Shown here: positions 18,165 through 27,216 of the stretch, one piece after another
Layout: each line of letters begins with the position of its first letter
Numbering within the stretch: the first letter of the stretch is position 1
From: Polyangiaceae bacterium
GTDB taxonomy: Bacteria > Myxococcota_A > Polyangia > Polyangiales > Polyangiaceae
DNA length: 64,000 nt
Assembly (NCBI GenBank): GCA_044376115.1
Contig: JBILLK010000034.1
Location: forward strand, 32,001 to 96,000
Direction of reading: 5' to 3'
Made by a program: the position numbers and the translations under genes
Notes under the pieces: generated by a model
Database searches by the model: none
What the model saw: the letters and a program-made list of their open reading frames with translations, nothing else
What the model was told of the DNA's origin: nothing

Positions 18165-19265
18165 TTAGAGATCGAAGTACTCGTTGACTCCCTCGATGTT
18201 CACGTCAATCCCAAACAGCCTGCCTTGCTCGCGGTCGGCTACGTACAGCACGTGCTTGGCGAAGCCGCCCACTCCACGGCCCCACTTGACGTTCGGTATC
18301 CAGTTCGACGGCAGGTCGGCGATCTTGGTGACCGCCCCCCCCGCCGTAATGCGGTAGACATAGCCGGTTTCGAACTCTGCGGCGTAAACATTGCCACATT
18401 GGTCGACCCCCATCCCGTCGATGCCTCCGCTCTCGAAGGCCGCCGGGGGAACAAACACCGACCATGTTCCTGGTTGTCCGGGCGTTGGCTGGAGCACCTT
18501 GTAAATGAGCCCTTCGTTGTAGCTACCCACGTAAAATACCGTCGGGTCTTCAGTGAAGGCGATGCCGTTGGGGTGCGTTACTTCAACCACGACGGTGGAT
18601 ACGCCGGTATCTGGGTGGACCCTCAGTACGCGGCCCCCGTTGTCTTCAGCGACATAGATGAACCCGTCTGGACCCACGTCGATGCCGTTGGGGTACTCGA
18701 GGCCTCCGAGCAATACGTTCATCGATCCATCAGCGTATGCCCGTAGCAAAGCGCTATTCTCAACGTCGCACACCACCACCGAGTCGTCGGGCAGGGCGAC
18801 CATCCCCGCTGGCTCATTGGCGAAGCTCGCTATCCAAAGGGAGACCTCGCCGGTCTTCTTCCTCCGTACGAGGTTGCCGTCGTCGTCGACGCTTACGTGG
18901 TTACCCAGTGAGTCAAAGGCGAAGTCTTCCGCAGCGCCGAAGCCAGGCTGGCTCTCATACGCGACAGGAGCGGGAGGCAACATCGAGCACTCCACCGGGC
19001 CGCTGCCGCCAAGGCTGCTTGCACCGTCTCCACCGCTGCCACCGAGCCCCCCGGTGCCGCCAAGCCCGCCGCTGCCGCCGCTAGGCACGCCACCGGAGCC
19101 TCCAGCGCCGCCTCCACCATCGGCCGCAACTCCGCCTCCTCCCTCCGAGCTACCTCCCTTGGGATCTCGATCGGCCCCGCGTCGCGTCCTCGACGTGCAT
19201 GCGAGCGCGCAGACGCAGCTCAGGAGAGCAACGGAGACCCAGCTACGGCAAAGTAAGGGAGTCAC
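18165..19265 (-). CDS. SMP-30/gluconolactonase-family beta-propeller lipoprotein
   Basis: ALAC lipobox, Gly-rich linker, AED, PNGI x2, IDGMGVD..GNVY. Confidence 0.85.
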   Translation of the reverse strand: MTPLLCRSWVSVALLSCVCALACTSRTRRGADRDPKGGSSEGGGGVAADGGGGAGGSGGVPSGGSGGLGGTGGLGGSGGDGASSLGGSGPVECSMLPPAPVAYESQPGFGAAEDFAFDSLGNHVSVDDDGNLVRRKKTGEVSLWIASFANEPAGMVALPDDSVVVCDVENSALLRAYADGSMNVLLGGLEYPNGIDVGPDGFIYVAEDNGGRVLRVHPDTGVSTVVVEVTHPNGIAFTEDPTVFYVGSYNEGLIYKVLQPTPGQPGTWSVFVPPAAFESGGIDGMGVDQCGNVYAAEFETGYVYRITAGGAVTKIADLPSNWIPNVKWGRGVGGFAKHVLYVADREQGRLFGIDVNIEGVNEYFDL

Positions 19266-19373
19266 AAGAGCCTTTCACCCGGTCGTGCTACCGGGAATGG
19301 TAGTGTCGAGGGTACGGCCTCTCCCGCGCGTTCTCAAGCACGCGCCTTCTCGACTCCACGCCTTCGCAAAACC

Positions 19374-20660
19374 ATGAAGCTGCGCAACTTCGGCCAAACT
19401 TGGAGCTTCTCACCCAGGGAATGGCTCTTCCCCCGCAGCGAGCGTGAGATCGCTGATGCGGTCTGTGCGGCGCGCAAAGTCCGCGTGGTGGGCTCTGCTC
19501 ACTCCTGGTCGCGCGGCGTCATCACAGACCATACCTTGCTCTCGCTCGATCGTATGAATCGCATCGTGCACGTCGATCGAGCGGCGCTCCGAGTGACGGT
19601 ACAGGCTGGTATCAAGCTCAAGCAGCTGATCGCGCAGTTGGCCAAGCTTGGGCTCGCGCTCTCCAACCTGGGCTCGATCGCCGATCAATCGCTAGCGGGG
19701 GCTATCGCGACGGGGACCCACGGCTCTGGCAGAAACTTCCGTTGCCTCGCCGACCAAGTGGAGGCCTTTCGGCTGATCGACGGGGAGGGGCGGGAGCGCC
19801 GTTTCACGCGCGGGCAGGGGGACTTCGACGCTGCCTTGGTGGGGCTAGGCTGTTTCGGCGTCGTCTACCAAGTAACGCTCGCGGTGGTGCCTTGTTTTCA
19901 GCTGCATGCGATCACCGACATGGCGCCTTACGAGCACGTCGTCGATTGCCTGGATACATACGTAAAAAGCTATGACCATTTCAAGTTCTGGTGGCTCGTC
20001 CCAACCGACAAGGTGATCCTCTTTCAGAACAACCGCACAGAGCGACCGCGCAATGACTCCACGCTCAAGCGCTGGTTCAAGGACGAGTTGCTAGCGGTGC
20101 TCGTTTATCGCTCGCTGGTGAAGCTACAGGGGCTGGATCGAGAGCGGCTCGTCCCTTTGGTCAATGAGCAACTTGGGGAACAGGTCGGCAAACGCTTTGA
20201 TCGCGTGTGCCAAAGTCATATTGGCTTTCTCACGCCTTCGCCTCCGGTGCATCGCGAGACTGAATGGGCTTTTGACTGCGCGGACGCCAAGCCGCTCTTG
20301 CGAGCCTATCGGAAGCTGCTCGTGCAGAGTGGTTTTAGTTATAATTTTATCCAGGAGATTCGCTTCACCAAGGCGGACCCGTATTGGCTGAGCCCCGCCT
20401 ATCAACGTGATTCAATCTGGCTATCCATGTACAACATGGATGAAGATCATCGCTGGCAACAGCAGCTGCGTCTCTTCGAGCAGTTTGCCCGAGAGCACGG
20501 CGGCAGACCCCATTGGGGCAAAGAGGCCTCCTTCGATCGGACTTACTCGCTCTCGCAGTGGCCTCAGCTACCAGCGTTCAGTGCGCTTGCGCGGAGCTAT
20601 GATCCCAAGGCACGCTTCGTCAATGAATGGGCTGCACAGGCCCTCGGCCTCGCGGGTTGA
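19374..20660 (+). CDS. FAD-linked aldonolactone oxidase (L-gulono-/D-arabinono-1,4-lactone oxidase family)
   Basis: GSAHSWS (flavinylation His), GAIATGTHGSG, GLGCFGV, EIRF, LSPAY, GGRPHWGK. Confidence 0.9.
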   Translation: MKLRNFGQTWSFSPREWLFPRSEREIADAVCAARKVRVVGSAHSWSRGVITDHTLLSLDRMNRIVHVDRAALRVTVQAGIKLKQLIAQLAKLGLALSNLGSIADQSLAGAIATGTHGSGRNFRCLADQVEAFRLIDGEGRERRFTRGQGDFDAALVGLGCFGVVYQVTLAVVPCFQLHAITDMAPYEHVVDCLDTYVKSYDHFKFWWLVPTDKVILFQNNRTERPRNDSTLKRWFKDELLAVLVYRSLVKLQGLDRERLVPLVNEQLGEQVGKRFDRVCQSHIGFLTPSPPVHRETEWAFDCADAKPLLRAYRKLLVQSGFSYNFIQEIRFTKADPYWLSPAYQRDSIWLSMYNMDEDHRWQQQLRLFEQFAREHGGRPHWGKEASFDRTYSLSQWPQLPAFSALARSYDPKARFVNEWAAQALGLAG

Positions 20661-20700
20661 GGCGCTGGCCAAGCCGCTCTGCCGATGAGAGACTGGGTCG

Positions 20701-21291
20701 ATGAAGTCCCTCTTCCTTGCGCTCTTCGGCTTGGCGACCGTCGCCTGTGACACCAGCGTAACCGACAGTGACGGGGAGGGCGGAGCTGGCGGTGAAGCGG
20801 GCGCTGGCGGCTCTGGAGGCTCATCGAGCTGCGCGGTTCCAGCAGGCCCGCCGGTGTTTGCCTTGGGCACGGGCGAGCAGTGTTTCGAGCCGATCGTCGC
20901 CGGGCAGTCCCTGAAGCTATTGGCTGGTCCGCAGGGCGGCTACCACGTATGGCTGGCAGTCGGCTGTTCGGACTGTGGGCCTTCGCTCTCGCTCGAGTGG
21001 TTGGCCGAGGACCCAGCGACCAACGAGCTGCTGGAGGGGGCCTTCTTCAGTCAACAGGTCGTCGATCTGAGCGGTGAGTGGCCTTCTGCGGCCGGCCTCG
21101 TCGTGGGCATGCCGGGCTCACAATATGATGAACAATCGCCTCCCTTACCTGTCGGTACTCGCTTCCAAATCCACGTTAAGACGCTGTCGCAGCCGGTCCA
21201 TGTAGCAGTGGTCGAGGTCGAGGTCGGCGAAATTGAGCCATGGAACCCCTGCGCCGAGGACCCGAATCACCCGCTGTGCGGCTTCGGCTGA
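20701..21291 (+). CDS. Hypothetical lipoprotein
   Basis: TVAC lipobox, Gly-rich linker, GPQGGYHVW motif. Confidence 0.75.
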   Translation: MKSLFLALFGLATVACDTSVTDSDGEGGAGGEAGAGGSGGSSSCAVPAGPPVFALGTGEQCFEPIVAGQSLKLLAGPQGGYHVWLAVGCSDCGPSLSLEWLAEDPATNELLEGAFFSQQVVDLSGEWPSAAGLVVGMPGSQYDEQSPPLPVGTRFQIHVKTLSQPVHVAVVEVEVGEIEPWNPCAEDPNHPLCGFG

Positions 21292-21383
21292 CCGCTCCTC
21301 GGGCCTGAACCAAGGTCGACTTCCAGCGTGGCGGATGCTTGATCCGTAAGGAACTTCGCGCTGGACGGTTTAGGATGCGCGCC

Positions 21384-21941
21384 ATGTCAGCCGACCCGAC
21401 GGGCGTCCCCGAACAAGGGCCCAAGAAGTTCGAAGACCTGCCTGCTGCTCAGCAGGACGTCGTGATGCGCGCTATCGAGGCTCAGCAGCATCGCCCCGGT
21501 GCGCTGCTACCAATTCTTCACGCCGTGCAGTCCGCCTTGGGCTGGGTACCACCGGCTGCCGTCGCTCCGATCGCACGTGCGCTCAACCAATCCCGCGCCG
21601 AGGTTCAGGGCGTATTGTCGTTCTATCACGACTTTCGCAGCGCCCCGCCCGGACGACAGATCATCAAAATCTGTCGGGCCGAAGCCTGTCAAGCAATGGG
21701 TGCCGACGATCTCGTGGCCCACGCCAAACGCCGGCTCGCGATTGATTTCGGCGAAACGCGAGCCGACGGCGCGGTCACGTTGGAGCCTGTGTACTGTCTC
21801 GGGAACTGCGCCTGCGCTCCGGCGATCATGGTGGACGGCGTGCTCTACGGGCGCGTAAGTCGTGACCGCTTCGACCAACTTTCGAGCGGCTGCGAGGCGC
21901 AGTCGGCTCGCGAGCAGGCACGGTCGGAGAGCCCCTCATGA
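21384..21941 (+). CDS. fdsG: NAD-dependent formate dehydrogenase gamma subunit (NuoE-like)
   Basis: LLPILHAVQ, SRAEV.GV.SFYHDF, CRAEAC, CLGNCAC; start could be 21375. Confidence 0.95.
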   Translation: MSADPTGVPEQGPKKFEDLPAAQQDVVMRAIEAQQHRPGALLPILHAVQSALGWVPPAAVAPIARALNQSRAEVQGVLSFYHDFRSAPPGRQIIKICRAEACQAMGADDLVAHAKRRLAIDFGETRADGAVTLEPVYCLGNCACAPAIMVDGVLYGRVSRDRFDQLSSGCEAQSAREQARSESPS

Positions 21942-23488
21942 GCACCAAGCTGTTTGTCCCGGGAGATGCTGCGGCTCGCTCCGTTGGCGCCGATCAAGTC
22001 GTCACCGCCCTCGTTGCGGAGGCGGCGGCTCGTGGGGAGGCCATCTCGATCGTACGCAACGGCTCGCGAGGCCTCCTGTGGCTGGAGCCGCTAATCGAGG
22101 TGGAAACGCCGCAGGGCCGAGTGGCCTACGGCCCAGTGTTCCCCGAGGACGTCCCCAGCTTGTTTGAGAGCGGCTTTCTGTCCGGCTTGTCACACCCTCT
22201 GGGTCACGGCCTGACCAACGCCATTCCCTATCTGCATAAACAAGAGCGGCTCACTTTCGCTCGCGTCGGCCTCACCGATCCGCTCTCGCTAAGCGACTAT
22301 GAGCAGCACGGTGGGCTCGTTGGGCTGCGCGCGGCGTTAGCCATTTCCCCCGAGGAGATCGTTGAGCGCGTCACCACCTCCGGGCTGCGTGGGCGCGGCG
22401 GCGCTGCCTTCCCTACCGGGATCAAGTGGCGCACGGTTCTGCAGACCCCGGCCGAGCAGAAGTATGTCGTGTGCAACGCCGATGAGGGGGACTCCGGCAC
22501 CTTCTCCGACCGGATGTTGATGGAGGGAGATCCCTTCCTGCTAATTGAAGGTATGGTGATCGCCGGGCTGGCGACCGGGGCAACCCGCGGCAGCATTTAC
22601 CTGCGCTCGGAGTACCCCGACGCCGCACGCGTGCTCACCCAGGCGCTCATCAAAGCGCGTGAACATGGGCTGCTGGGAAATAACATATTAGGTAGCGGGC
22701 GCGGCTTCGAACTCGAACTCTACCTCGGTGCTGGTAGCTACGTATGCGGTGAGGAGACCGCCCTGCTCGAGAGTCTCGAGGGCAAGCGCGGCGTGGTGCG
22801 CTATCGGCCACCCGTGCCGGCGGTGAAGGGGCTGTGGGGTAAACCCACGGCGCTCAATAACGTAGTCACGCTCGCCTCGGTACCGTTCATTCTGGCGAAC
22901 GGGCCTGAGGCCTATCGCGATTATGGCGCGGGCCGCTCGCGCGGGACGCTGGCGTTTCAGCTCGCCGGGAACCTCAAACGCGGCGGTCTGGTGGAGCGAG
23001 CCTTCGGCGTGACGCTGCGCGAGCTGCTCTACGACTACGGCGGTGGCTCGGCCAGTGGGCGGCCGCTGCGCGCAGTGCAGGTGGGCGGGCCGCTCGGAGC
23101 CTTCATCCCTGCCTCTCAGTTTGATCTGCCGCTCGACTACGAGGCCTTCGCCGCCCAAGGCTCAATCGTCGGGCATGGCGGCATCGTTGCCTTTGACGAC
23201 ACCGTGGATATGGCGAAGATGGCCCGCTACGCGCTCGAGTTTTGCGCCATTGAGTCGTGCGGCAAATGCACGCCCTGTCGCATTGGCTCTACGCGCGGTG
23301 TGGAGCTGCTCGATCGCCTGCGCGCCGGTGAACGTCCCAAGCAGCAGCTCACGGTGCTCAATGATCTGCTGCATACCATGGAGCATGCTTCGTTGTGTGC
23401 GCTCGGCGGTATGACCCCCTATCCCGTTCGCAGCGCGTTAACACATTTTGCTGCGGACTTTGGCGTTGAGAGCTCGGTGGAGAAGTAA
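21938..23488 (+). CDS. fdsB: NAD-dependent formate dehydrogenase beta subunit (NuoF-like)
   Basis: GSRGLLWLEP, GLRGRGGAAFPTG, NADEGD, CGEET, ESCGKCTPCR...C. Confidence 0.96.
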   Translation: MSTKLFVPGDAAARSVGADQVVTALVAEAAARGEAISIVRNGSRGLLWLEPLIEVETPQGRVAYGPVFPEDVPSLFESGFLSGLSHPLGHGLTNAIPYLHKQERLTFARVGLTDPLSLSDYEQHGGLVGLRAALAISPEEIVERVTTSGLRGRGGAAFPTGIKWRTVLQTPAEQKYVVCNADEGDSGTFSDRMLMEGDPFLLIEGMVIAGLATGATRGSIYLRSEYPDAARVLTQALIKAREHGLLGNNILGSGRGFELELYLGAGSYVCGEETALLESLEGKRGVVRYRPPVPAVKGLWGKPTALNNVVTLASVPFILANGPEAYRDYGAGRSRGTLAFQLAGNLKRGGLVERAFGVTLRELLYDYGGGSASGRPLRAVQVGGPLGAFIPASQFDLPLDYEAFAAQGSIVGHGGIVAFDDTVDMAKMARYALEFCAIESCGKCTPCRIGSTRGVELLDRLRAGERPKQQLTVLNDLLHTMEHASLCALGGMTPYPVRSALTHFAADFGVESSVEK

Positions 23489-23490
23489 CC

Positions 23491-26340
23491 ATGGATTCGA
23501 TCTTCAAGCGCGATTTGGGAACGCCGATCCGGCTCGGGAAACGTGGGGTCGCCCTCAGCATTGACGGCGTGAGCGTGACCGTTCCTGAGGGCACCTCGGT
23601 GATGCAGGCAGCAGCGCGCGCCGGTACGCAGATCCCGAAGTTGTGCGCGACCGATTCGCTCGAGGCCTTCGGCTCGTGCCGGCTCTGTTTGGTGCAGATT
23701 GAGGGGAAGCGCGGTTTCCCGGCTTCATGCACCACCTTGGTTGAACCGGGGATGCGGGTTACCACGCAATCCTCCGAGCTCGCGCGGCTCCGCCGCGGGG
23801 TGATGGAACTTTACATCTCCGATCACCCGCTGGATTGTTTGACGTGTCCGGCCAACGGCAATTGCGAGTTACAGACCATGGCCGGTGCCGTCGGTCTGCG
23901 CGAGGTCCGTTACGGCTTTGCCGGAGAGAATCACCTGCAATCGCAGAAGGACGAGAGCAACCCGTACTTCACCTTCGATCCGAGCAAGTGCATCGTCTGT
24001 TCGCGCTGCGTGCGAGCCTGCGAGGAGATTCAAGGTACCTTCGCTTTGACCGTCTCCGGGCGCGGTTTTGACTCAGTGATTTCGCCGGGAGGCACCGACT
24101 TCTTCTCGAGTGAATGCGTCTCGTGTGGGGCTTGCGTGCAGGCCTGCCCAACCGCGACGCTGATGGAGAAGTCGGTGGTAGAGCTGGGGCAGGCGGAGCA
24201 TTCGGTGGTAACCACCTGCGCCTATTGTGGTGTCGGGTGCTCCTTTCGAGCCGAGCTACAAGGCAACACGGTGGTTCGAATGGTCCCTCACAAAGAGGGC
24301 GGGGCCAATCACGGTCACTCCTGCGTGAAAGGTCGCTTCGCTTGGGGCTACGCCACCCACGCCGACCGCATCACCAAACCGATGATCCGCGAACGCACAG
24401 ACCAGCCTTGGCGAGAGGTTAGTTGGCAGGAGGCGTTCAGCTTTGCCGCCTCCAAGATCAAGCGGCTGCAAGCCGAATACGGCGAGGGCTGTGTCGGCGC
24501 TATCACCTCTTCACGCTGCACCAATGAAGAGACGTACCTAGTGCAGAAGTTGGTGCGGGCGGCCTTCCGCAACAACAACGTAGATACCTGCGCGCGGGTT
24601 TGCCATTCGCCAACCGGCTATGGCCTAAAGACGACCTTGGGCGAGTCGGCTGGCACACAAGACTTCGAGTCGGTGGACCTCGCCGACGTGATCATGGTGA
24701 TCGGCGCCAACCCCACCGATGCACATCCGGTGTTTGCCTCGCGCATGAAGCGGCGGCTGCGAGAAGGCGCCGCGCTGATCGTGGTGGACCCTCGCGAGAG
24801 TGATCTGGTTAGCCAGCCCCACGCGAAGGCCGCGTTCCATTTGCCGCTCCGGCCGGGCACCAACGTGGCGATCATCAACGCCCTCGCGCATGTGATCGTG
24901 ACGGAAGGTTTGGCGAAAGAAGACTACGTGCTCGCGCGTTGCGACGTCGCCGAATACCAGAAGTGGAAGCAGTTCATCGCCCTGCCCGAGAACTCGCCGG
25001 AGAGCCTCGCCAGCGTTACCGGCGTACCCGCGGAGACCGTTCGCAATGCCGCTCGTCTCTTTGGTCGTGCGCCCAACGGGGCCATCTACTACGGGCTCGG
25101 CGTAACCGAGCACAGCCAAGGCTCGACCATGGTCATGGGGATCGCCAATCTCGCGATGGTGACCGGTAACCTTGGGCGGCCAGGCGTCGGCGTGAACCCA
25201 CTACGCGGTCAGAACAACGTGCAGGGCTCCTGCGACATGGGCTCCTTCCCCCATGAGCTACCAGGCTATCGTCATGTCTCGGATCCGGCGGTGCGTGCGC
25301 TGTTTGAGGCCGCCTGGGGCGTGCCTGTGCACTCCGAGCCCGGGTTGCGCATCCCCAATATGTTTGACGCTGCGTTGGACGGTAGCTTCAAGGGACTGTA
25401 CGTCCAGGGTGAAGATATAGCGCAATCCGATCCGGACATTACGCATGTGCACGCCGCTCTCGCGGCGATGGAGTGCGTCATCGTGCAGGACCTGTTCTTG
25501 AATGAGACGGCCAAGCTCGCTCACGTGTTCCTGCCGGGAGCTAGCTTCTTGGAGAAGGACGGCACCTTCACCAACGCCGAGCGACGAATCAACCGCGTTC
25601 GTAGAGTAATGCCTCCGCTCGCTGGTCTCGCCGACTGGGAGGTCACTGTGGGGCTGGCCGAGGCGCTCGGTGTTCCTATGCACTATACTCACCCGTCGGA
25701 GATCATGGCGGAGATCGCCCGTTTGACGCCGACGTTCCAAGGCGTCTCGTATGAGAAGCTGGATCGGCTCGGCAGCGTGCAATGGCCTTGCAACGATGCC
25801 GCTCCGGAGGGGACTCCGGTCATGCATGTGGATGAGTTCGTGCGTGGGAAAGGGCGGTTCGTGATTACGCGTTACGTCGCTACGACTGAGCGCACCAATC
25901 GCGAGTTCCCGCTGATCCTGACGACGGGGCGCATCCTCTCTCAATACAATGTCGGCGCGCAGACCCGGCGCACCGCCAACGTGATTTGGCACGCCGAGGA
26001 TCTGCTCGAGCTTCACCCTCACGACGCCGAGCAGCGGGGCCTCGTCGAAGGCGACTTGGTGCAGGTTCGAAGCCGAGCGGGCGAGACGGTGTTGCGCGCG
26101 ACGCTGACCGAACGGGTGCAACCGGGCGTTGTGTACACCACCTTCCACCACCCGGTCTCGGGCGCCAATGTGGTAACCACCGAGAACTCCGACTGGGCGA
26201 CCAATTGTCCGGAATACAAAGTAACGGCCGTGCAAGTGCGCAAAGCGGCTGGGCGCTCGGCGTGGCAAGAGAGCTTCACCGCGGAGCACCAAGCGCAGGT
26301 CGCGATGTTGCCGAAGTCGGGAGCTGCCCGTGAAGGTTGA
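23491..26340 (+). CDS. fdsA: NAD-dependent formate dehydrogenase alpha subunit (Mo-bisPGD, Cys ligand)
   Basis: N-terminal Fe-S motifs (CATD..CRLC, HPLDCLTC, CIVCSRC, CVSCGAC, CAYCGVGC), CARVCH, LRGQNNVQG, CPEYK. Confidence 0.97.
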   Translation: MDSIFKRDLGTPIRLGKRGVALSIDGVSVTVPEGTSVMQAAARAGTQIPKLCATDSLEAFGSCRLCLVQIEGKRGFPASCTTLVEPGMRVTTQSSELARLRRGVMELYISDHPLDCLTCPANGNCELQTMAGAVGLREVRYGFAGENHLQSQKDESNPYFTFDPSKCIVCSRCVRACEEIQGTFALTVSGRGFDSVISPGGTDFFSSECVSCGACVQACPTATLMEKSVVELGQAEHSVVTTCAYCGVGCSFRAELQGNTVVRMVPHKEGGANHGHSCVKGRFAWGYATHADRITKPMIRERTDQPWREVSWQEAFSFAASKIKRLQAEYGEGCVGAITSSRCTNEETYLVQKLVRAAFRNNNVDTCARVCHSPTGYGLKTTLGESAGTQDFESVDLADVIMVIGANPTDAHPVFASRMKRRLREGAALIVVDPRESDLVSQPHAKAAFHLPLRPGTNVAIINALAHVIVTEGLAKEDYVLARCDVAEYQKWKQFIALPENSPESLASVTGVPAETVRNAARLFGRAPNGAIYYGLGVTEHSQGSTMVMGIANLAMVTGNLGRPGVGVNPLRGQNNVQGSCDMGSFPHELPGYRHVSDPAVRALFEAAWGVPVHSEPGLRIPNMFDAALDGSFKGLYVQGEDIAQSDPDITHVHAALAAMECVIVQDLFLNETAKLAHVFLPGASFLEKDGTFTNAERRINRVRRVMPPLAGLADWEVTVGLAEALGVPMHYTHPSEIMAEIARLTPTFQGVSYEKLDRLGSVQWPCNDAAPEGTPVMHVDEFVRGKGRFVITRYVATTERTNREFPLILTTGRILSQYNVGAQTRRTANVIWHAEDLLELHPHDAEQRGLVEGDLVQVRSRAGETVLRATLTERVQPGVVYTTFHHPVSGANVVTTENSDWATNCPEYKVTAVQVRKAAGRSAWQESFTAEHQAQVAMLPKSGAAREG

Positions 26341-26608
26341 GAAGCTGGCCTTCATGGCCAATCAGATAGCGGCCTTCTTCGAGGCAGATCCAGATCGTGA
26401 GGTCGCCCTCGATGGCTTTAGCGGGCACCTGCGTCGGTTCTGGGACCCGCGTATGCGCAAAGAGCTCTTGGCCTGGGTCGACGCTGGCGGTGGTGAGTCG
26501 CTCGCTCCACTGGTGCGCGAGGCCCTATCGCTTAGGAGGTCCCAGATCTTGCCGGATCCGCTCGCGGCCGCAAACGGGGCGAAGTCCCCTTCCGGGGCAC
26601 CCGACTAA
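26330..26608 (+). CDS. fdsD: NAD-dependent formate dehydrogenase delta subunit
   Basis: MANQIAAFF and HLRRFWDPRMR signature. Confidence 0.95.
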   Translation: MKVEKLAFMANQIAAFFEADPDREVALDGFSGHLRRFWDPRMRKELLAWVDAGGGESLAPLVREALSLRRSQILPDPLAAANGAKSPSGAPD

Positions 26609-27213
26609 GCAGCGCTGCGCAACATCCCTTCGAGCAGGACGCGCACCAACTCACGTACGTAGCGGGCAGCGTGGTGCTCGGCCTCGGGGGAGCTGGCGAT
26701 GGCGGGTGACTCGAGCCCGACCTGACTCGAAAGAGCGCCCAAAAAGGCCTGCGCGACGGTGGCTGTATCGAGAGCGCCATCGATGCGGCCGAGTGCTCCC
26801 TCGTTCTTTAGATAGTCGGTTAGATACAGCAGCATTTGCTCTCGAGCCGCGAGCTGCATCGTGCGTGAAGCGAGCTCCGGAGTGCCCGCGAGCCTCATCA
26901 TGAAGAGCGGCGTCAATCGGCGTAGGACGCGCAGCAGCAGCAGCTCTCCTGCGCCTACGAGGTTATCCAAGACGTTGCCGCTCCCCGCTTGGCCGGGCAG
27001 CCGACTCAGTTGTTGCAATAGATCGTTGATTTCCGGAGCCACGGCGGCCTCGAATAGGCCTGGTGTCGTCTTATAGCGTTTAAACACCGAGCCCTCGGAG
27101 ATCCCTGCACGCCGCGCTACTTCGGCGCTCGTGGATTGCAGGCCGCGTTCAAGAAACACGGCGCGAGCCGCGTTCAGAATGGTCTCGTTCTCAATCACTG
27201 TCGGTCGTGCCAT
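26605..27213 (-). CDS. TetR/AcrR-family regulator, last gene of the efflux operon
   Basis: ILNAARAVF...VARRAGISEGSVFKRY HTH. Confidence 0.92.
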   Translation of the reverse strand: MARPTVIENETILNAARAVFLERGLQSTSAEVARRAGISEGSVFKRYKTTPGLFEAAVAPEINDLLQQLSRLPGQAGSGNVLDNLVGAGELLLLRVLRRLTPLFMMRLAGTPELASRTMQLAAREQMLLYLTDYLKNEGALGRIDGALDTATVAQAFLGALSSQVGLESPAIASSPEAEHHAARYVRELVRVLLEGMLRSAA

Positions 27214-27216
27214 GAC

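Noticed and set aside
21312..21365. Nested hairpin upstream of fdsG as a Moco/Wco riboswitch
   Set aside because: Arms exist (tccagcg/cgctgga, cggat/atccg) but I see no Moco RNA consensus, and the region is short
23491..26340. Selenocysteine recoding in fdsA
   Set aside because: The ligand codon is Cys (CARVCH) and there is no in-frame TGA
25258..26361. Long antisense or alternate-frame ORFs (this one, 10-861, 13269-14150, 59041-59868 and many others)
   Set aside because: Expected stop-poor shadows of high-GC genes; each overlaps a motif-supported CDS
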